Below, piece by piece: positions 7,433 through 18,239 of a stretch of DNA of 59,850 nucleotides (the stretch's first letter is position 1; every line of letters begins with the position of its first letter). Where the stretch lies: IMG/VR virus record IMGVR_UViG_3300030098_002885, positions 1 through 59,850 of that record; one strand, written 5' to 3'. Below the pieces are notes generated by a model. That model was not told the origin of the DNA, searched no databases, and was given only the letters and a program-made list of their open reading frames with translations. Both the position numbers and the translations under genes were made by a program. Source of the DNA: a virus. Its lineage: Duplodnaviria > Caudoviricetes.

Positions 7433-8748
7433 CCCAAGAGATCACGTTTGAAGCCCATCACGGGCAACAACTAGTCTTATCTGATGAACATCGGTTTATG
7501 ACTCTGGTCTGCGGTAGACGCTGGGGCAAGGATCACCTTGCTTGTATTAAGATACTTTCCCATAGCTTATCTCATGTCTCTCCTAGAGGAGGGAAAATTT
7601 ACGCATGGTTAAACCCTGTCTATAACCCTCAAGGCAAAGAAAGTTTTCGCGTCTTTAAAATGTTCGCGGAGAGTGGAGGTCTCATACAGAAGAGTATCGA
7701 AACTCCCCCCATGGAAATCCGATTAATTAATGGAGATAAGGTTGTATTTTTTTCTGCTGATCAGCCTGACAACCTTCGTGGTGGTCAGTATGATGGCGTT
7801 ATCATAAACGAGGCTGGGCTTATCTCAGACTTAGAGGACCTCTGGGCAGGGCCTATCGCGGCTATGTTATTAGACAGAGCAGGGTGGGCATGGCTTCAAG
7901 GGACTCCTAAAGGTAAAGGCCCTCTACATAAGTTCTTTCTTAGGGGACTACCCGATAAGACTGATCAAGGGAAACCTAATCCTTGGAAATCTTTTAGGTT
8001 CCCTACCAAGACTAATCCTTTCATTCCCCCCGAAGAGTTAGACAGACTCAAAGACGAGCTACCAGAAGATATCTTTCAACAGGAATTTTTGGCTGAGTTC
8101 TTAGACAGTGGAGGGGCTGTCTTTAGAGGGCTTGATAAGATGAGGAGAAACAGTGAAAACACTAAATTATTACCTCAAGCAGACATGTGTCGAGTTGGTA
8201 TCGACCTTGCTAAACATACTGATTTTACTGTTTGTATTGCTCTGGACCCTGCCAGTAATGTTATTGGCTTTGATAGGTTTAATAATCTCGACTGGAATAT
8301 CGTCACAACAAGGATTGAGAGATTCTGTTCGCGTTTTCGGGGAACGGTGGTCCTTGATGCCAGTGGAGTGGGTGATCCAATCTACGATAACCTTGCGGCA
8401 AAAGGCCTTGCTATTCGACCAGTTAAGTTCACTAACGAAAAGAAAACTCAGATGGTGCAAAACCTTATGCTCCTCATTGAGGAAGAAATCCTGAGAGTAC
8501 CTTGGCCTGACCATAGTCATGGGCAAGACAACATCACTGAGCATATATGGCAAGAGCTAGAAGCCTATAGTTATAACATCACGGCAACAGGCCGCATTAG
8601 ATACGAGGCTCCAAAAGGGTTCCATGATGACTGTGTGACCGCCCTCTTCTTAGCGGCTTCTGAGCTTGCTCCGCAGATGGCTTCCCACCACATGTACCAA
8701 GCCTTAGATGTAAATAGGGAAATAGGTCAGGCTTCTCACGATTACTAG
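7429..8748 (+). CDS. terL: Terminase large subunit
   Basis: Walker A CGRRWGKD, DNLRG, motif III QGTPKG, FQQEFLAEF, nuclease motifs GIDLAKHTDFT and HDDCVTA. Confidence 0.95.
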   Translation: MTQEITFEAHHGQQLVLSDEHRFMTLVCGRRWGKDHLACIKILSHSLSHVSPRGGKIYAWLNPVYNPQGKESFRVFKMFAESGGLIQKSIETPPMEIRLINGDKVVFFSADQPDNLRGGQYDGVIINEAGLISDLEDLWAGPIAAMLLDRAGWAWLQGTPKGKGPLHKFFLRGLPDKTDQGKPNPWKSFRFPTKTNPFIPPEELDRLKDELPEDIFQQEFLAEFLDSGGAVFRGLDKMRRNSENTKLLPQADMCRVGIDLAKHTDFTVCIALDPASNVIGFDRFNNLDWNIVTTRIERFCSRFRGTVVLDASGVGDPIYDNLAAKGLAIRPVKFTNEKKTQMVQNLMLLIEEEILRVPWPDHSHGQDNITEHIWQELEAYSYNITATGRIRYEAPKGFHDDCVTALFLAASELAPQMASHHMYQALDVNREIGQASHDY

Positions 8749-8774
8749 ACAAATAACAGTAAACATCTTATTAT
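8746..8774 (+). promoter_or_regulatory. Sigma70-like promoter TAGACA-N17-TATTAT upstream of the portal operon
   Basis: Exact 17-bp spacing in the gap after terL. Confidence 0.55.
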
Positions 8775-8807
8775 CTTCGCTAAGTTTCTCTTTATTTGGG
8801 TGGTGTG

Positions 8808-9005
8808 ATGCACGGCAATCCTCGTTTGAAGACAGGCCATCAACGGTTGCGTTCTCCTACTAAGCGTACTACCAAGGCTTCTCCTGCTCGGAAACTCAAG
8901 AGGTCTGTTGGAGGGAGCAAACAATGGGGGTTAAAAACAATGGCGAAGAGTGATGCTACCCATAACGCCCCTCGCCTTCATAAAACAATTTTACCCCCGC
9001 ACTAG
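8808..9005 (+). CDS. Small highly basic protein
   Basis: Arg/Lys-rich 65-aa ORF filling the terL-portal gap downstream of a promoter. Confidence 0.5.
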   Translation: MHGNPRLKTGHQRLRSPTKRTTKASPARKLKRSVGGSKQWGLKTMAKSDATHNAPRLHKTILPPH

Positions 9006-9013
9006 AGGTTAGA

Positions 9014-11257
9014 ATGGCTAGAAAACCAACCAATGTAGGAGAGCAATCTGGTATTGATAGTGTTGTTAACCCTACTGACCAGATACACGACAACATAGCA
9101 GAGGGAAGAATTGCAGAAGCAGACCCCAGACAGATGGGTCCTTATGTTGACCCTGAGGTAGCTTTAGAGAACGCACGGATTGATTTAATTAAAGATGCAG
9201 TAAATGAGCAGACTGCATATGACGAGCTAGATAGAACGGGGCCTATTTATGATCAAGCATTGGTTGACGAACTTAACGCAGAAGATGAAGACCCTGTTAC
9301 TCAAGTTAGGGTTGAAGTCGAAACTCCTACTGTGCTTCCTGACCAGCAAGGTCCTGAGGCTGTTGGTAACGCTCTCAACCGCGATGACAACGCGGCTGAA
9401 TGGCTGGATCAAGAAACTGAACGGAAACTCGTAGACTACGCAAGAGCGCATTTTGACTTATCTTACGATAGGATATCAGACCGCTACCAGTACTGGCGGG
9501 ACTCAGAAGTCACCCATGATATCTATGTTCCCGCCAGTATTGTGGAGAGGTCCAATTCATCACAGAGATCATTTAATACAGGTAGTATGTCTCAGGCCGA
9601 AGCCTCTGGTCGATACTCCAAGGGCAAGACTAAGGTTATTGATTCCATCAAGACTCCTTACTCTCGCGCAATCAGCGACACGATTTGCACATACAACTTG
9701 GCAATCTTTGGTGGCGCACCTCCATTCAAATTAGAGTCTAGTGGCCCTGACGATCAGCGCAGAGCCGCCAAGATTCTAGAGCATCAACTACATAGGAACA
9801 TGCGAAAGGTAGGTTATGAACAAAGACTCTATCAAATCTTTCTTGATAACAACCGCTATGGCATGTCGCCAGTCGCCTGTTTCTACGGCGTTGATGGTAA
9901 TGTTCCTGTTAATATTGACCCTTGGGCCTATTTCCCTGATCCTAGAGTAACCAGCCAAAACCGCCACGAAGCAGAGTTTGTTGGGTATAGGTCTTGGGCT
10001 TCTCGTACTACGCTTCATAGACGTAACCATTACCAGAACCTAGATCGGCTGGAACAGAACAGGCCTTCTACCTCTTGGAGGTCTAACTCTTATTTGAAAG
10101 AGGTTATCCGAGGACAGTCTATTGACCCTGCCCTTGCTAGTGCCTCTGAAGAATTAAGTGGAGCAGGATCGAAGATTGGATACGCTCACATCTTAAACAC
10201 TTTATATGTGTACTGTGATCCAAGACGGTTCAACATCCCTGCACCTTTCGGACTTTATAGGATCGTCATTGCAGACGAGACTGTGATTATTCAGTTCGAT
10301 AAGTCTCCCTACCCCCATGACCAGATACCCGTCATCCACGGCGAGGCAAACTACGATGCCCATCGTACTTTTGCTACATCCCTTTACGATCTCTTAATGC
10401 CTCTTCAGCGTTATCAAGATTGGCTACTCCGTACCCGTGTTGAAAATGTGCAGAGCATTGTACAGAACCGTTTGGTTGTTGATCCGAACCGTGTGAATAT
10501 TAGGGATATCCTTGATCCTAATGCGGCAAGACTTATCCGTACTCTTCCGGGGTCTAACCCTTCTGAGGCTCTGATGCCTCTAACTATTCCTGATGCCACT
10601 AGGAACTATTGGCAAGACATGGATACCGCAGGGCAACTTATGCAGAGGGTAGCGGCGGCTAGCGACACAGCGCAAGGAATTCAAGCAGAGACTCAGCGTA
10701 CTGCTACTGAGATTGCTCGACTTACTTCTCTAGGACAACAACGGTTAGGGATGCAAGCACGGCTACTTTCTGCAAGCACAATGAGACCTCTGGTCCGTCA
10801 GATGGTCAGTAACCTTCAGTACTTCCAGATTGATGGCGGAACTGTATCTCTCCAAGAGGAAGTAACTCCTGAGAATCCTCAGGGTATGGTCTCTTATAAC
10901 AGGTCAGAAATACTTGGCGATTTCGATTATGTTGTGGTAGACGGTACGTTACCCACTAGCCCAGAAGAGAACTCCGAGAATATTACTAGGGCTATTAGGG
11001 TGTTGACAGAGACAGGTGCGTCCCAAGGATGGGATATGAGTAAATTTGTAGAACGTCTGATTGAGAGCTTCGGCTTCTCAGATGTAGAGAATTGGAAGGC
11101 GGCTCCTCAACAGATGATGCCAGATGAGCAGATACAACAGGAATTAGCGGCAGGAAATATCCTTCCAATGCAACAAGCTCAACAGGAGATGGGAATAGGA
11201 CAACCTCCTATTGGCCCAGAACCTGATCTTGCCGCTCCAGCAGAGGTGATGCCTTAA
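9014..11257 (+). CDS. Portal protein
   Basis: 747 aa after TerL; IDPWAYFPDP, LMPLQ, QRTATEI and GDFDYVV segments typical of podovirus portals; GAGG RBS. Confidence 0.88.
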   Translation: MARKPTNVGEQSGIDSVVNPTDQIHDNIAEGRIAEADPRQMGPYVDPEVALENARIDLIKDAVNEQTAYDELDRTGPIYDQALVDELNAEDEDPVTQVRVEVETPTVLPDQQGPEAVGNALNRDDNAAEWLDQETERKLVDYARAHFDLSYDRISDRYQYWRDSEVTHDIYVPASIVERSNSSQRSFNTGSMSQAEASGRYSKGKTKVIDSIKTPYSRAISDTICTYNLAIFGGAPPFKLESSGPDDQRRAAKILEHQLHRNMRKVGYEQRLYQIFLDNNRYGMSPVACFYGVDGNVPVNIDPWAYFPDPRVTSQNRHEAEFVGYRSWASRTTLHRRNHYQNLDRLEQNRPSTSWRSNSYLKEVIRGQSIDPALASASEELSGAGSKIGYAHILNTLYVYCDPRRFNIPAPFGLYRIVIADETVIIQFDKSPYPHDQIPVIHGEANYDAHRTFATSLYDLLMPLQRYQDWLLRTRVENVQSIVQNRLVVDPNRVNIRDILDPNAARLIRTLPGSNPSEALMPLTIPDATRNYWQDMDTAGQLMQRVAAASDTAQGIQAETQRTATEIARLTSLGQQRLGMQARLLSASTMRPLVRQMVSNLQYFQIDGGTVSLQEEVTPENPQGMVSYNRSEILGDFDYVVVDGTLPTSPEENSENITRAIRVLTETGASQGWDMSKFVERLIESFGFSDVENWKAAPQQMMPDEQIQQELAAGNILPMQQAQQEMGIGQPPIGPEPDLAAPAEVMP

Positions 11258-11526
11258 TGCCTAAACGGACTAGTGGAGAACTAAAAGCAGGGTTTGAGAA
11301 ATTACGGAAGGAACCTTTCTTCCAAATTTACACTGAATCCCTGACAGGAGAATTTAACCGAGTACTTCAAGCTCTTATGCAAAATGCAAACTCGGATGAG
11401 AAAGAGCTTAGAGTATATGCAAGTGTAATGAGCGCATTTCAAACTGCGTTGAATTTGCCTGATCTTTTGATCAAGCAAGCTGAAACGGAAGAGGAACTAG
11501 AGAATGGCCCCTACGAACAAGAGTGA
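11257..11526 (+). CDS. Small helical head-assembly-region protein
   Basis: 89 aa between portal and scaffold, translationally coupled. Confidence 0.6.
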   Translation: MPKRTSGELKAGFEKLRKEPFFQIYTESLTGEFNRVLQALMQNANSDEKELRVYASVMSAFQTALNLPDLLIKQAETEEELENGPYEQE

Positions 11527-12640
11527 GGCAGAAGTCACTGCCATGAAGAACAAAGGTTCTGGTGCAATCACCGATCCTAATCAAGCGGCGAACCCCCCTG
11601 AGAACGCCCCTCAACCTCCGTCAGACGCAGAGGCCAACCCAGATAAGGATGGGCTTCGTGCGGCAGACAGGTTGTATGCTAACGACAGGTTAGAAGCCGA
11701 CTACGATTTTGAGGTGATGCAGGATGTTGATCCTAGAGAGGATCGTCAACCTGAGGATGCGAACCAGCAAGAGCTTGGCGAGGATGCCGAGGGTGCTATT
11801 GATCGTATGCTCAAGATTAAATATCGGGGCAAAGAGGAAGAGATTCCCGAAGCAGATGCGATTACCATGGTTCAACAATTCAAGATGATGGACAACAAGT
11901 ATGGTCCTATCCTTGAGTTGGCTCGTAAGCTCTCGGAGCAAACGGGGGAGAAAGACCCCGAACGAATCGCATTAATGATGGCGCAGAACTTCGGTGCGTT
12001 ATCTCAAGGCGTGGACAATTCTGCTTCTCCTCAAGAAGCTCCTGTCCAAGCACCTCAGGTTAACCCAGAAGTTATGCAGATGCAGAATCAAGCTAGTAAA
12101 GAGGATGCACGGCAAAAGGCTCAAGCCTTCTTTGATGATAATGGGTTGACTCCTACAGAGGATGCCATGGCTTCTATGCAGAATATGATTCTGTATGGAG
12201 ATCAAATGTCCACGATAGCTAGTATGTTGCCATCCATGATGTCAGATATTGAGGCTTTCAAACAACAACAAGCCCAGAATGTGATACAAAGCCAGCGCAG
12301 TCTAGTGGACTCCACGGCTTCTGCTACCGCTCAAGAACTAGGGATAGACACTGAACAAGAGTTCAATGACTATATTAGTTGGGTGGAAGAGCAGGAGCAG
12401 TTCATTCCGGGATACAAAGAAATCATTAGTGCAAATCCTAAAGCGATGGATAAGTCCATTCGGGATTACCATGCTATTGCTACTGGAAATAGAAATACGC
12501 AGGAGCAAGCGGCTATGAAGCGTAATGTCGAAAAGACTATTCAACGTGCTGGAGGAGAAACGGTTGCCAGTCGGGGTAGTGATGCTCCGGGAGGTCCTCC
12601 TCCTAAGGACTTTAATGATGAGATAATGAATCTAATTTAA
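11504..12640 (+). CDS. Capsid scaffolding protein
   Basis: Acidic, Gln-rich, helical; KIKYRGKEEEI strand; directly upstream of the MCP. Confidence 0.75.
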   Translation: MAPTNKSEAEVTAMKNKGSGAITDPNQAANPPENAPQPPSDAEANPDKDGLRAADRLYANDRLEADYDFEVMQDVDPREDRQPEDANQQELGEDAEGAIDRMLKIKYRGKEEEIPEADAITMVQQFKMMDNKYGPILELARKLSEQTGEKDPERIALMMAQNFGALSQGVDNSASPQEAPVQAPQVNPEVMQMQNQASKEDARQKAQAFFDDNGLTPTEDAMASMQNMILYGDQMSTIASMLPSMMSDIEAFKQQQAQNVIQSQRSLVDSTASATAQELGIDTEQEFNDYISWVEEQEQFIPGYKEIISANPKAMDKSIRDYHAIATGNRNTQEQAAMKRNVEKTIQRAGGETVASRGSDAPGGPPPKDFNDEIMNLI

Positions 12641-12643
12641 TTC

Positions 12644-12672
12644 TTAACAATTAGATTTGTTTTTGCTACAAT
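12644..12672 (+). promoter_or_regulatory. Sigma70-like promoter TTAACA-N17-TACAAT (extended -10 TG) for the capsid gene
   Basis: Exact spacing, about 140 bp upstream of the MCP start. Confidence 0.6.
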
Positions 12673-12813
12673 TCGATCACTACACAGGCTTACCTAGGTT
12701 TGCCGTTTAGCAGTCAAGACCCGATCAAGGAAACTCACTGTTATTCCGCTAGATAACTTCGGAGCCACCGTAGCGAATTTAATCTTTAACCCTCAAACGC
12801 CATGGAGGTTTTT

Positions 12814-13992
12814 ATGGCTACATTAGGTATGAGGGGTACTGGTTCGTTTGCGGCGGATCATCGCCCCGAAAACTGGAGACAGAAGTACTTGATGCTGGAG
12901 CCTAACGGTTCTGCACCTCTTACTGCTATCCTCTCCATGCTCCCATCTGAGAAAACAGATGACCCGGAGTATCACAACTTCCGTAAAGACATGCCCAACT
13001 GGACTGGCACGGTGAAGGTCGGATCAGGTGCTATTGGTAGTACCAGTGACACTGGTTTGGAATTCGGCGCATCTGCTGATGCTGAGTTCTGTCGGGCTGG
13101 ACAACTCTGGAAGAACGCTTCAACAGACGAAGTCTTCCGAATCACTTCTATCACTGGAGCCGAGGCCGTCATTGAACGCGGTGTCGGTAATAGTGGTACG
13201 GGTGTAAACATGACAGCCGCCGATGTGATCTATATGATCGGTAATTCAAACGCTGAAGGTGCGGCATTGCCGAGTGCCATCAGTTATGATGCCTCATCTA
13301 CGGAGAACTACACGCAGATTTTCCGTACTCCATATAGCATCTCTCGTACTGCTATGCACACCAACTTCCGTACTGGGGACCAGTATCTTGAAAAGAGCCG
13401 TGACGCTCTTAAAGAGCATATGGTTTCCATGGAACGTGCGTTCATGTTCGGTAAGAAAAGCACTGATGCGGCGGCTCTTACGGAACGTACTACCGAAGGT
13501 ATTTTCACCTCTGTTACAACGAACATGAGTGATGCGGCTTCGGCTTTTGCCACCAACAATAAGGTGACGGAAGCTGAACTGGATACGTTCTTGGCAGAGA
13601 AAGCCTTCGCTTTCGGCTCCAGCGAGAAGCTGGCCCTCTGCGGATGGAAAGTTGCTAACTTCCTTCAGCAGATCGGTAAAGCTCGCTGGCAACCAGTAGA
13701 CTATAGCGACTCCTCTTATGGTATCTCTCTTCAGACCTATAAGACTTTCGCTGGAACTCTACAGGTTAAGACACACCCCATGTTCCGTCAGATCAGTGGT
13801 TTCGAGAACAACATGATTATTCTCGACACCAAGGACCTTCGCTATCGGTTCATTGACGATACTCAACTTTTGAAGGATCGTCAGACCGCTGGTGAAGACG
13901 GAGTAACGGACGAGTACCTCACCGAGTGTGGTTTGGAACTTCTCCAAGAGAAAACCCATGCGGGTATTCTCAACTGGAGTGTTGCGCCGTAA
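12814..13992 (+). CDS. Major capsid protein (DUF5309/SU10-like)
   Basis: APLTAIL, ENYTQIFRT, MERAFMFG and EYLTECGLEL motifs; GGAGG RBS before ATG 12814; followed by a terminator. Confidence 0.9.
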   Translation: MATLGMRGTGSFAADHRPENWRQKYLMLEPNGSAPLTAILSMLPSEKTDDPEYHNFRKDMPNWTGTVKVGSGAIGSTSDTGLEFGASADAEFCRAGQLWKNASTDEVFRITSITGAEAVIERGVGNSGTGVNMTAADVIYMIGNSNAEGAALPSAISYDASSTENYTQIFRTPYSISRTAMHTNFRTGDQYLEKSRDALKEHMVSMERAFMFGKKSTDAAALTERTTEGIFTSVTTNMSDAASAFATNNKVTEAELDTFLAEKAFAFGSSEKLALCGWKVANFLQQIGKARWQPVDYSDSSYGISLQTYKTFAGTLQVKTHPMFRQISGFENNMIILDTKDLRYRFIDDTQLLKDRQTAGEDGVTDEYLTECGLELLQEKTHAGILNWSVAP

Positions 13993-14016
13993 CCTAAGGC
14001 TAGACAATTCCTAGAC

Positions 14017-14060
14017 AAAACGGCCTCTAAAGAGTATTCTTTGGAGGTCGTTTTTGTTTG
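14017..14060 (+). terminator. Intrinsic terminator after the MCP gene
   Basis: AAAACGGCCTCTAAAGA-GTAT-TCTTTGGAGGTCGTTTT followed by TGTTT. Confidence 0.75.
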
Positions 14061-14077
14061 TGGACATGGAGTCTTAG

Positions 14078-14530
14078 ATGCCAGCAAGGAAAAAGAAAGA
14101 TACTCAGCCCAACACTCCCAAGGATCAAGTCTTCTACACTAAGAAGATGAAATCTATCACTATACGAAATAAGGATTATGTCTTCTACAAAGGTAGGTTA
14201 GAGGTTCCCCATGAGATCGGGGAGCTTATTAGGCAGACTAGTCATTATGCAAACGGGTCTCTCCTAGCTTCCGAAGAGTCGATTCTGGTGAATGATCAAT
14301 TAGAAGCGAAGGCTAATTATGAAGAGTTGGTGGCTTTAATGGAAGATGCTAAAGGGGAGTATGTCTTTCGTGTTAATGTACGTCCTCACCTGACTATTCC
14401 TATTAGAGGGGAGAATGTTATCTTTAATGACCATTACGCTGTGGTTTCTGAAGAGCAAGCCGAGTTGTTACGGACTCACCCATTCCTCAATCAGGGTAAG
14501 ATAACTGAGGTGACTGTAGAGTTGCGATGA
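14078..14530 (+). CDS. Hypothetical protein with internal two-fold repeat
   Basis: ITIRNKDYVF...ELIRQTSHY versus IPIRGENVIF...ELLRTHPF; GGAG RBS. Confidence 0.65.
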   Translation: MPARKKKDTQPNTPKDQVFYTKKMKSITIRNKDYVFYKGRLEVPHEIGELIRQTSHYANGSLLASEESILVNDQLEAKANYEELVALMEDAKGEYVFRVNVRPHLTIPIRGENVIFNDHYAVVSEEQAELLRTHPFLNQGKITEVTVELR

Positions 14531-15246
14531 GTACATCACTTAATATTAGTCAATCTAGCGATAGAGGGGATTTCTCTGGCGGTCTTTATCTTGCACAAAA
14601 TGCTATGCAAGAACTAGGGGACGCAGAGGCTTCTTACTTTATTACTGCTAACCAACAAAGATTCCTTAATTACGCTAATCGTGTAGTCACAGATGTAAAT
14701 CGTCATCCAATGTTTCTGGATTTACTGGATGGGGCTTACGATGATCAGCAAGGTTCTATCACTGCTGACAGCCAAACCCTAGTTCTTACAGGAACTCCTA
14801 CGGTAACCTTCAACACATATACTCCAGTCAAAGTAGCTGGTGCAGGGTTTAGTGCTGAGAGTGGAGGGCAATCCGCAACTACTGCTGGAGACCTCTACAC
14901 TTTTGTAATTCGCCAGACTACCGACAGTTCTGGTAATACAGTCTCAAACTCTTGGAGATTAGCAGACACGGCTGGTGTTACAGTTACAGATGCAGTGGTG
15001 TCCCATCCCTACAAAACGAGAATAAAACGATATACTGAGTTAAGCAGTGATACCTATAGACCTATTGATGACGAAGTAATGGTTTTAGGTATCAAGAGTT
15101 ATTTTATGAAAGATGATTCTGACACTAATAACGCAGGGCTAATTACGTTAGCGCAAAATGAATATACGCTTTCAATGAATTCGTGGTTAGGCTCTATTGT
15201 TAATGTTCAAGGGAACCTGACGGTAGAAATTAGCGAGTACACCTAA
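14527..15246 (+). CDS. Probable head-tail adaptor (tail tubular A-like)
   Basis: Position after MCP; AMQELG and DVNRHPMF N-terminal pattern. Call is positional. Confidence 0.6.
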   Translation: MSTSLNISQSSDRGDFSGGLYLAQNAMQELGDAEASYFITANQQRFLNYANRVVTDVNRHPMFLDLLDGAYDDQQGSITADSQTLVLTGTPTVTFNTYTPVKVAGAGFSAESGGQSATTAGDLYTFVIRQTTDSSGNTVSNSWRLADTAGVTVTDAVVSHPYKTRIKRYTELSSDTYRPIDDEVMVLGIKSYFMKDDSDTNNAGLITLAQNEYTLSMNSWLGSIVNVQGNLTVEISEYT

Positions 15247-18239
15247 TGCCTCGTAAGCTATTTCCTTACGGTAAGTTCCTCGGCTTGGATTCGATTACCA
15301 GCTTCGACAACATGAGCGAGCGTTACCAGCACATATTGAGTAACGCTTATGTAGATTTTAGAGGACAAGTACACAAAGGCCCCGGCTTCACGGGCGCACC
15401 AAACTCCGCAACCTCAGGTGTTAGTGGTGTTGTTGCGGGTGCGGAAGACACACTTTCTTATACCTACAGACCAAGTGGGGCTAGCGTAACAATGCCCTCC
15501 CAAATGGGTACATGGGCAGAGGGTGACGCTAAAGGTAAATTTGCTTACTCCCACTGCACTGTAGTTCACACAAGGAATAACATCCTTCGGGGCTACTTTG
15601 GTGGTGTCTCAAGATGTATCTTTCACCAAACGAATTCTTCGGATTACGATGATATCTACACCTTCATTACATGGGCAGTTAATTATCTATACGGTGGGGC
15701 AAATAATACAATTACTCTCGCCGCTAGTGGACAGAATCACGGACTCCAAAACGGAGAGAAGGTCTATTACCTACCCCTTGGCACAACTTCCAGTGGTGAG
15801 GATCAATTACCGCTGGTGCGGTATCTCAATCTTATTGTCGGTAAAACTTATTATATTTGTAATAGGACTGATGAGACTGTCCAACTGGAAGAGACTCCCA
15901 GCGGTGGAGCTATCAGTAATATTGTTAATGCCTCCTACGACAGCCCGAATGATGCCCATGCTCTAATTCCTTTTGAGCGAAGTAGTATATGGTATGGGGA
16001 GAATGAGGCTAACTTTAATACAGGGACAACGAATAGGTTTAATTATTCTTCTTCTATCCCCGATTTTTATATAGGGGATTCCTCCCGTATCGCTGGGTAT
16101 GAATATCAGTGGGTTGAGTTTCAAGACCTTCGCGGAGATGCTACAGGGAATTCCAAGTCTTGTGGCATAGAGTGGAACTGGGTTACTGCCGCCGCCAATT
16201 CTGCGGCAGAGTCATCCTCTGATACGACAGGGTTCTACCACGGCTGGTCTGATTATACTTCCTCAAAGACGCTTGTTCCTATCAATTACCACCCCCCTGC
16301 TTCTGCTCGCTTCCTTCGTGATACTTATTTCTTTATGCGTGGATGGGACCCCATTATGTATGTTGGGGGAACGGCTGATACATCAACCGGGACCGTCAAC
16401 CGCTGGCGGTATGCCCGTAACAATGTCGAGATGACGTATGTCATTGGGGAAATCTCTGCGGGGGGTGTATGTACGGAGAGTACAACTACCATAGGAAACA
16501 CGATAGCTGATGGACAGAAGTTGACGGTGGGTAATTATCTTGATCGGGATGACTCTGCCACAGGCTTCACGGCTAAAACAGGTCTTGAACCCGACATGGT
16601 TTATACGGTCTCTGACTTTGCCATGAGTGGTGACCAAGCTACGTTCCGTTTAAAAAAGCCAGACGGAAATTACTTTTCTCATGTAGCAAACACTAGTGCC
16701 GCTTACTATGCCTCGGTCACTCTCTTAGGGGAACTTGGAAATTTCCCAAAGGGGGGTTCTGCTGTTGTGATCCAAGACAGACTGGTTGTTGCTGACCTAA
16801 TTGGTACTGGTGTAAATAATTCACGAAGGGACACTGAACTTCACATTAGCGCATTAGGGCGGATTGACGATTGGAGAACTAACACCAGTGGTGGGGATAC
16901 GGCTCTAGCTACGGATGGGGCTGTCATTGATGTTCGTAACCAATTCCAAACCCGCGACAGGATCGTCGGCCTTGGTGTATTAGAAGGGGACAAGCTAGTC
17001 GTCTTTGGGCAGAACGAAATCTTAGTTTATATTACAGACACAGACATCAATAAGTGGATATTGGCTACTGACTTCCGTGTGAACATTGGGTTGTTTGGAC
17101 GTAATACAGTTGTCAACGTAGGACAGGAACTTCTCTTCTGTAGTAAGTATGGCATCCACACTCTTCGCCGTGCAATGTCTGGTTTGACGCTTGAGAGTAA
17201 ACTTCTATCCGCGCAGATAACGCCTTTATTTACGCAACGAGTAGCAGAGTGTCACCCCAATACGAATGTCGGTAAGTATAATGATGAGGACACTTCCGAC
17301 TCCTTTGATGCCTCATTTGGACCCGGCCTACAACTTGGCTCGGTGGCGAATAACCTACCAGCATCCGATGCTTCCTCTCAGACCACCGAGCTAGTTGATG
17401 CAACTAAACTACACGCCAACGGTACACCTATACGCGATGGCTTTGCTAACTGGCCTTTTGCTTACTTAGAACCTCAAGCGTTCTTTGATGCGGATATAGG
17501 AATCTATCATGTGTTCTTTCCCGATCCTTTAGAGCCGCATAAGAAGGCCTCTAGTATCTCTATGACCTACCAACCCAAGCCCACTGGTCAGGCTATCCAT
17601 ATTAGTTTTTCTTCTTCTCCTTCTTCCCATGAAGGTCCAACTTGCGGGTCATATATGCAAGTTATGGCGGATGAGTATCGGTATGACCGTACTAACCCAA
17701 CTAGCGGCGAGGTTGTATCCCAGTGGTACAACAGTGGTGTGGCAAACACTGTCACGGGAGCAAACTATTATGCGCTATATACGGGAACTGATTTAGAGGA
17801 TACCAGCGCAGTCTCCCAGTCTTACTCTGCCTCTGGTTTATTCGGTAAGTTTGGTAAGTCCCAAGGCTTCGATTTTAGGACACCTACCCTCTGGCAAGGC
17901 ACACCAGATACTTATAAATATTACAAAAGATTCGTCTTACGGTGTTGGCAAGACGAAGGAATTACGACCTCCCCCAAAGATTATGAAGCTACGCTTACTT
18001 TAAAATTTTATGATGAAGCTAATAATCTACGGGACACTCGTATAATCACACCCCCTCCAAAAGATAGGGTTGCAACCTACGATGCTGGGACAGGGGATAC
18101 TAATTTTACGGGGGTAAGACCTGTTGAAGTTCCACTAGCTATCAGAGCTAAAGGTCTTAGCGTACAGGCAACTACAGCGGCTGGGGTAGAAGGCCAAGTT
18201 GTGATTACTGATTTTGGCTTAATAGTTGATACAAAGTAA
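15246..18239 (+). CDS. Probable tail nozzle (tail tubular B-like beta-propeller)
   Basis: 997 aa, beta-rich; N-terminal LGLD...NAYVD..G.VHKGPG; QDRLVVA and KLVVFGQNEI blades; C-terminal KYYKRFVL. Confidence 0.7.
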   Translation: MPRKLFPYGKFLGLDSITSFDNMSERYQHILSNAYVDFRGQVHKGPGFTGAPNSATSGVSGVVAGAEDTLSYTYRPSGASVTMPSQMGTWAEGDAKGKFAYSHCTVVHTRNNILRGYFGGVSRCIFHQTNSSDYDDIYTFITWAVNYLYGGANNTITLAASGQNHGLQNGEKVYYLPLGTTSSGEDQLPLVRYLNLIVGKTYYICNRTDETVQLEETPSGGAISNIVNASYDSPNDAHALIPFERSSIWYGENEANFNTGTTNRFNYSSSIPDFYIGDSSRIAGYEYQWVEFQDLRGDATGNSKSCGIEWNWVTAAANSAAESSSDTTGFYHGWSDYTSSKTLVPINYHPPASARFLRDTYFFMRGWDPIMYVGGTADTSTGTVNRWRYARNNVEMTYVIGEISAGGVCTESTTTIGNTIADGQKLTVGNYLDRDDSATGFTAKTGLEPDMVYTVSDFAMSGDQATFRLKKPDGNYFSHVANTSAAYYASVTLLGELGNFPKGGSAVVIQDRLVVADLIGTGVNNSRRDTELHISALGRIDDWRTNTSGGDTALATDGAVIDVRNQFQTRDRIVGLGVLEGDKLVVFGQNEILVYITDTDINKWILATDFRVNIGLFGRNTVVNVGQELLFCSKYGIHTLRRAMSGLTLESKLLSAQITPLFTQRVAECHPNTNVGKYNDEDTSDSFDASFGPGLQLGSVANNLPASDASSQTTELVDATKLHANGTPIRDGFANWPFAYLEPQAFFDADIGIYHVFFPDPLEPHKKASSISMTYQPKPTGQAIHISFSSSPSSHEGPTCGSYMQVMADEYRYDRTNPTSGEVVSQWYNSGVANTVTGANYYALYTGTDLEDTSAVSQSYSASGLFGKFGKSQGFDFRTPTLWQGTPDTYKYYKRFVLRCWQDEGITTSPKDYEATLTLKFYDEANNLRDTRIITPPPKDRVATYDAGTGDTNFTGVRPVEVPLAIRAKGLSVQATTAAGVEGQVVITDFGLIVDTK

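Noticed and set aside
14012-14040. TAGACA-N17-TATTCT promoter after the MCP gene
   Set aside because: Overlaps a strong terminator hairpin that already explains the sequence; possible but not separately supported.
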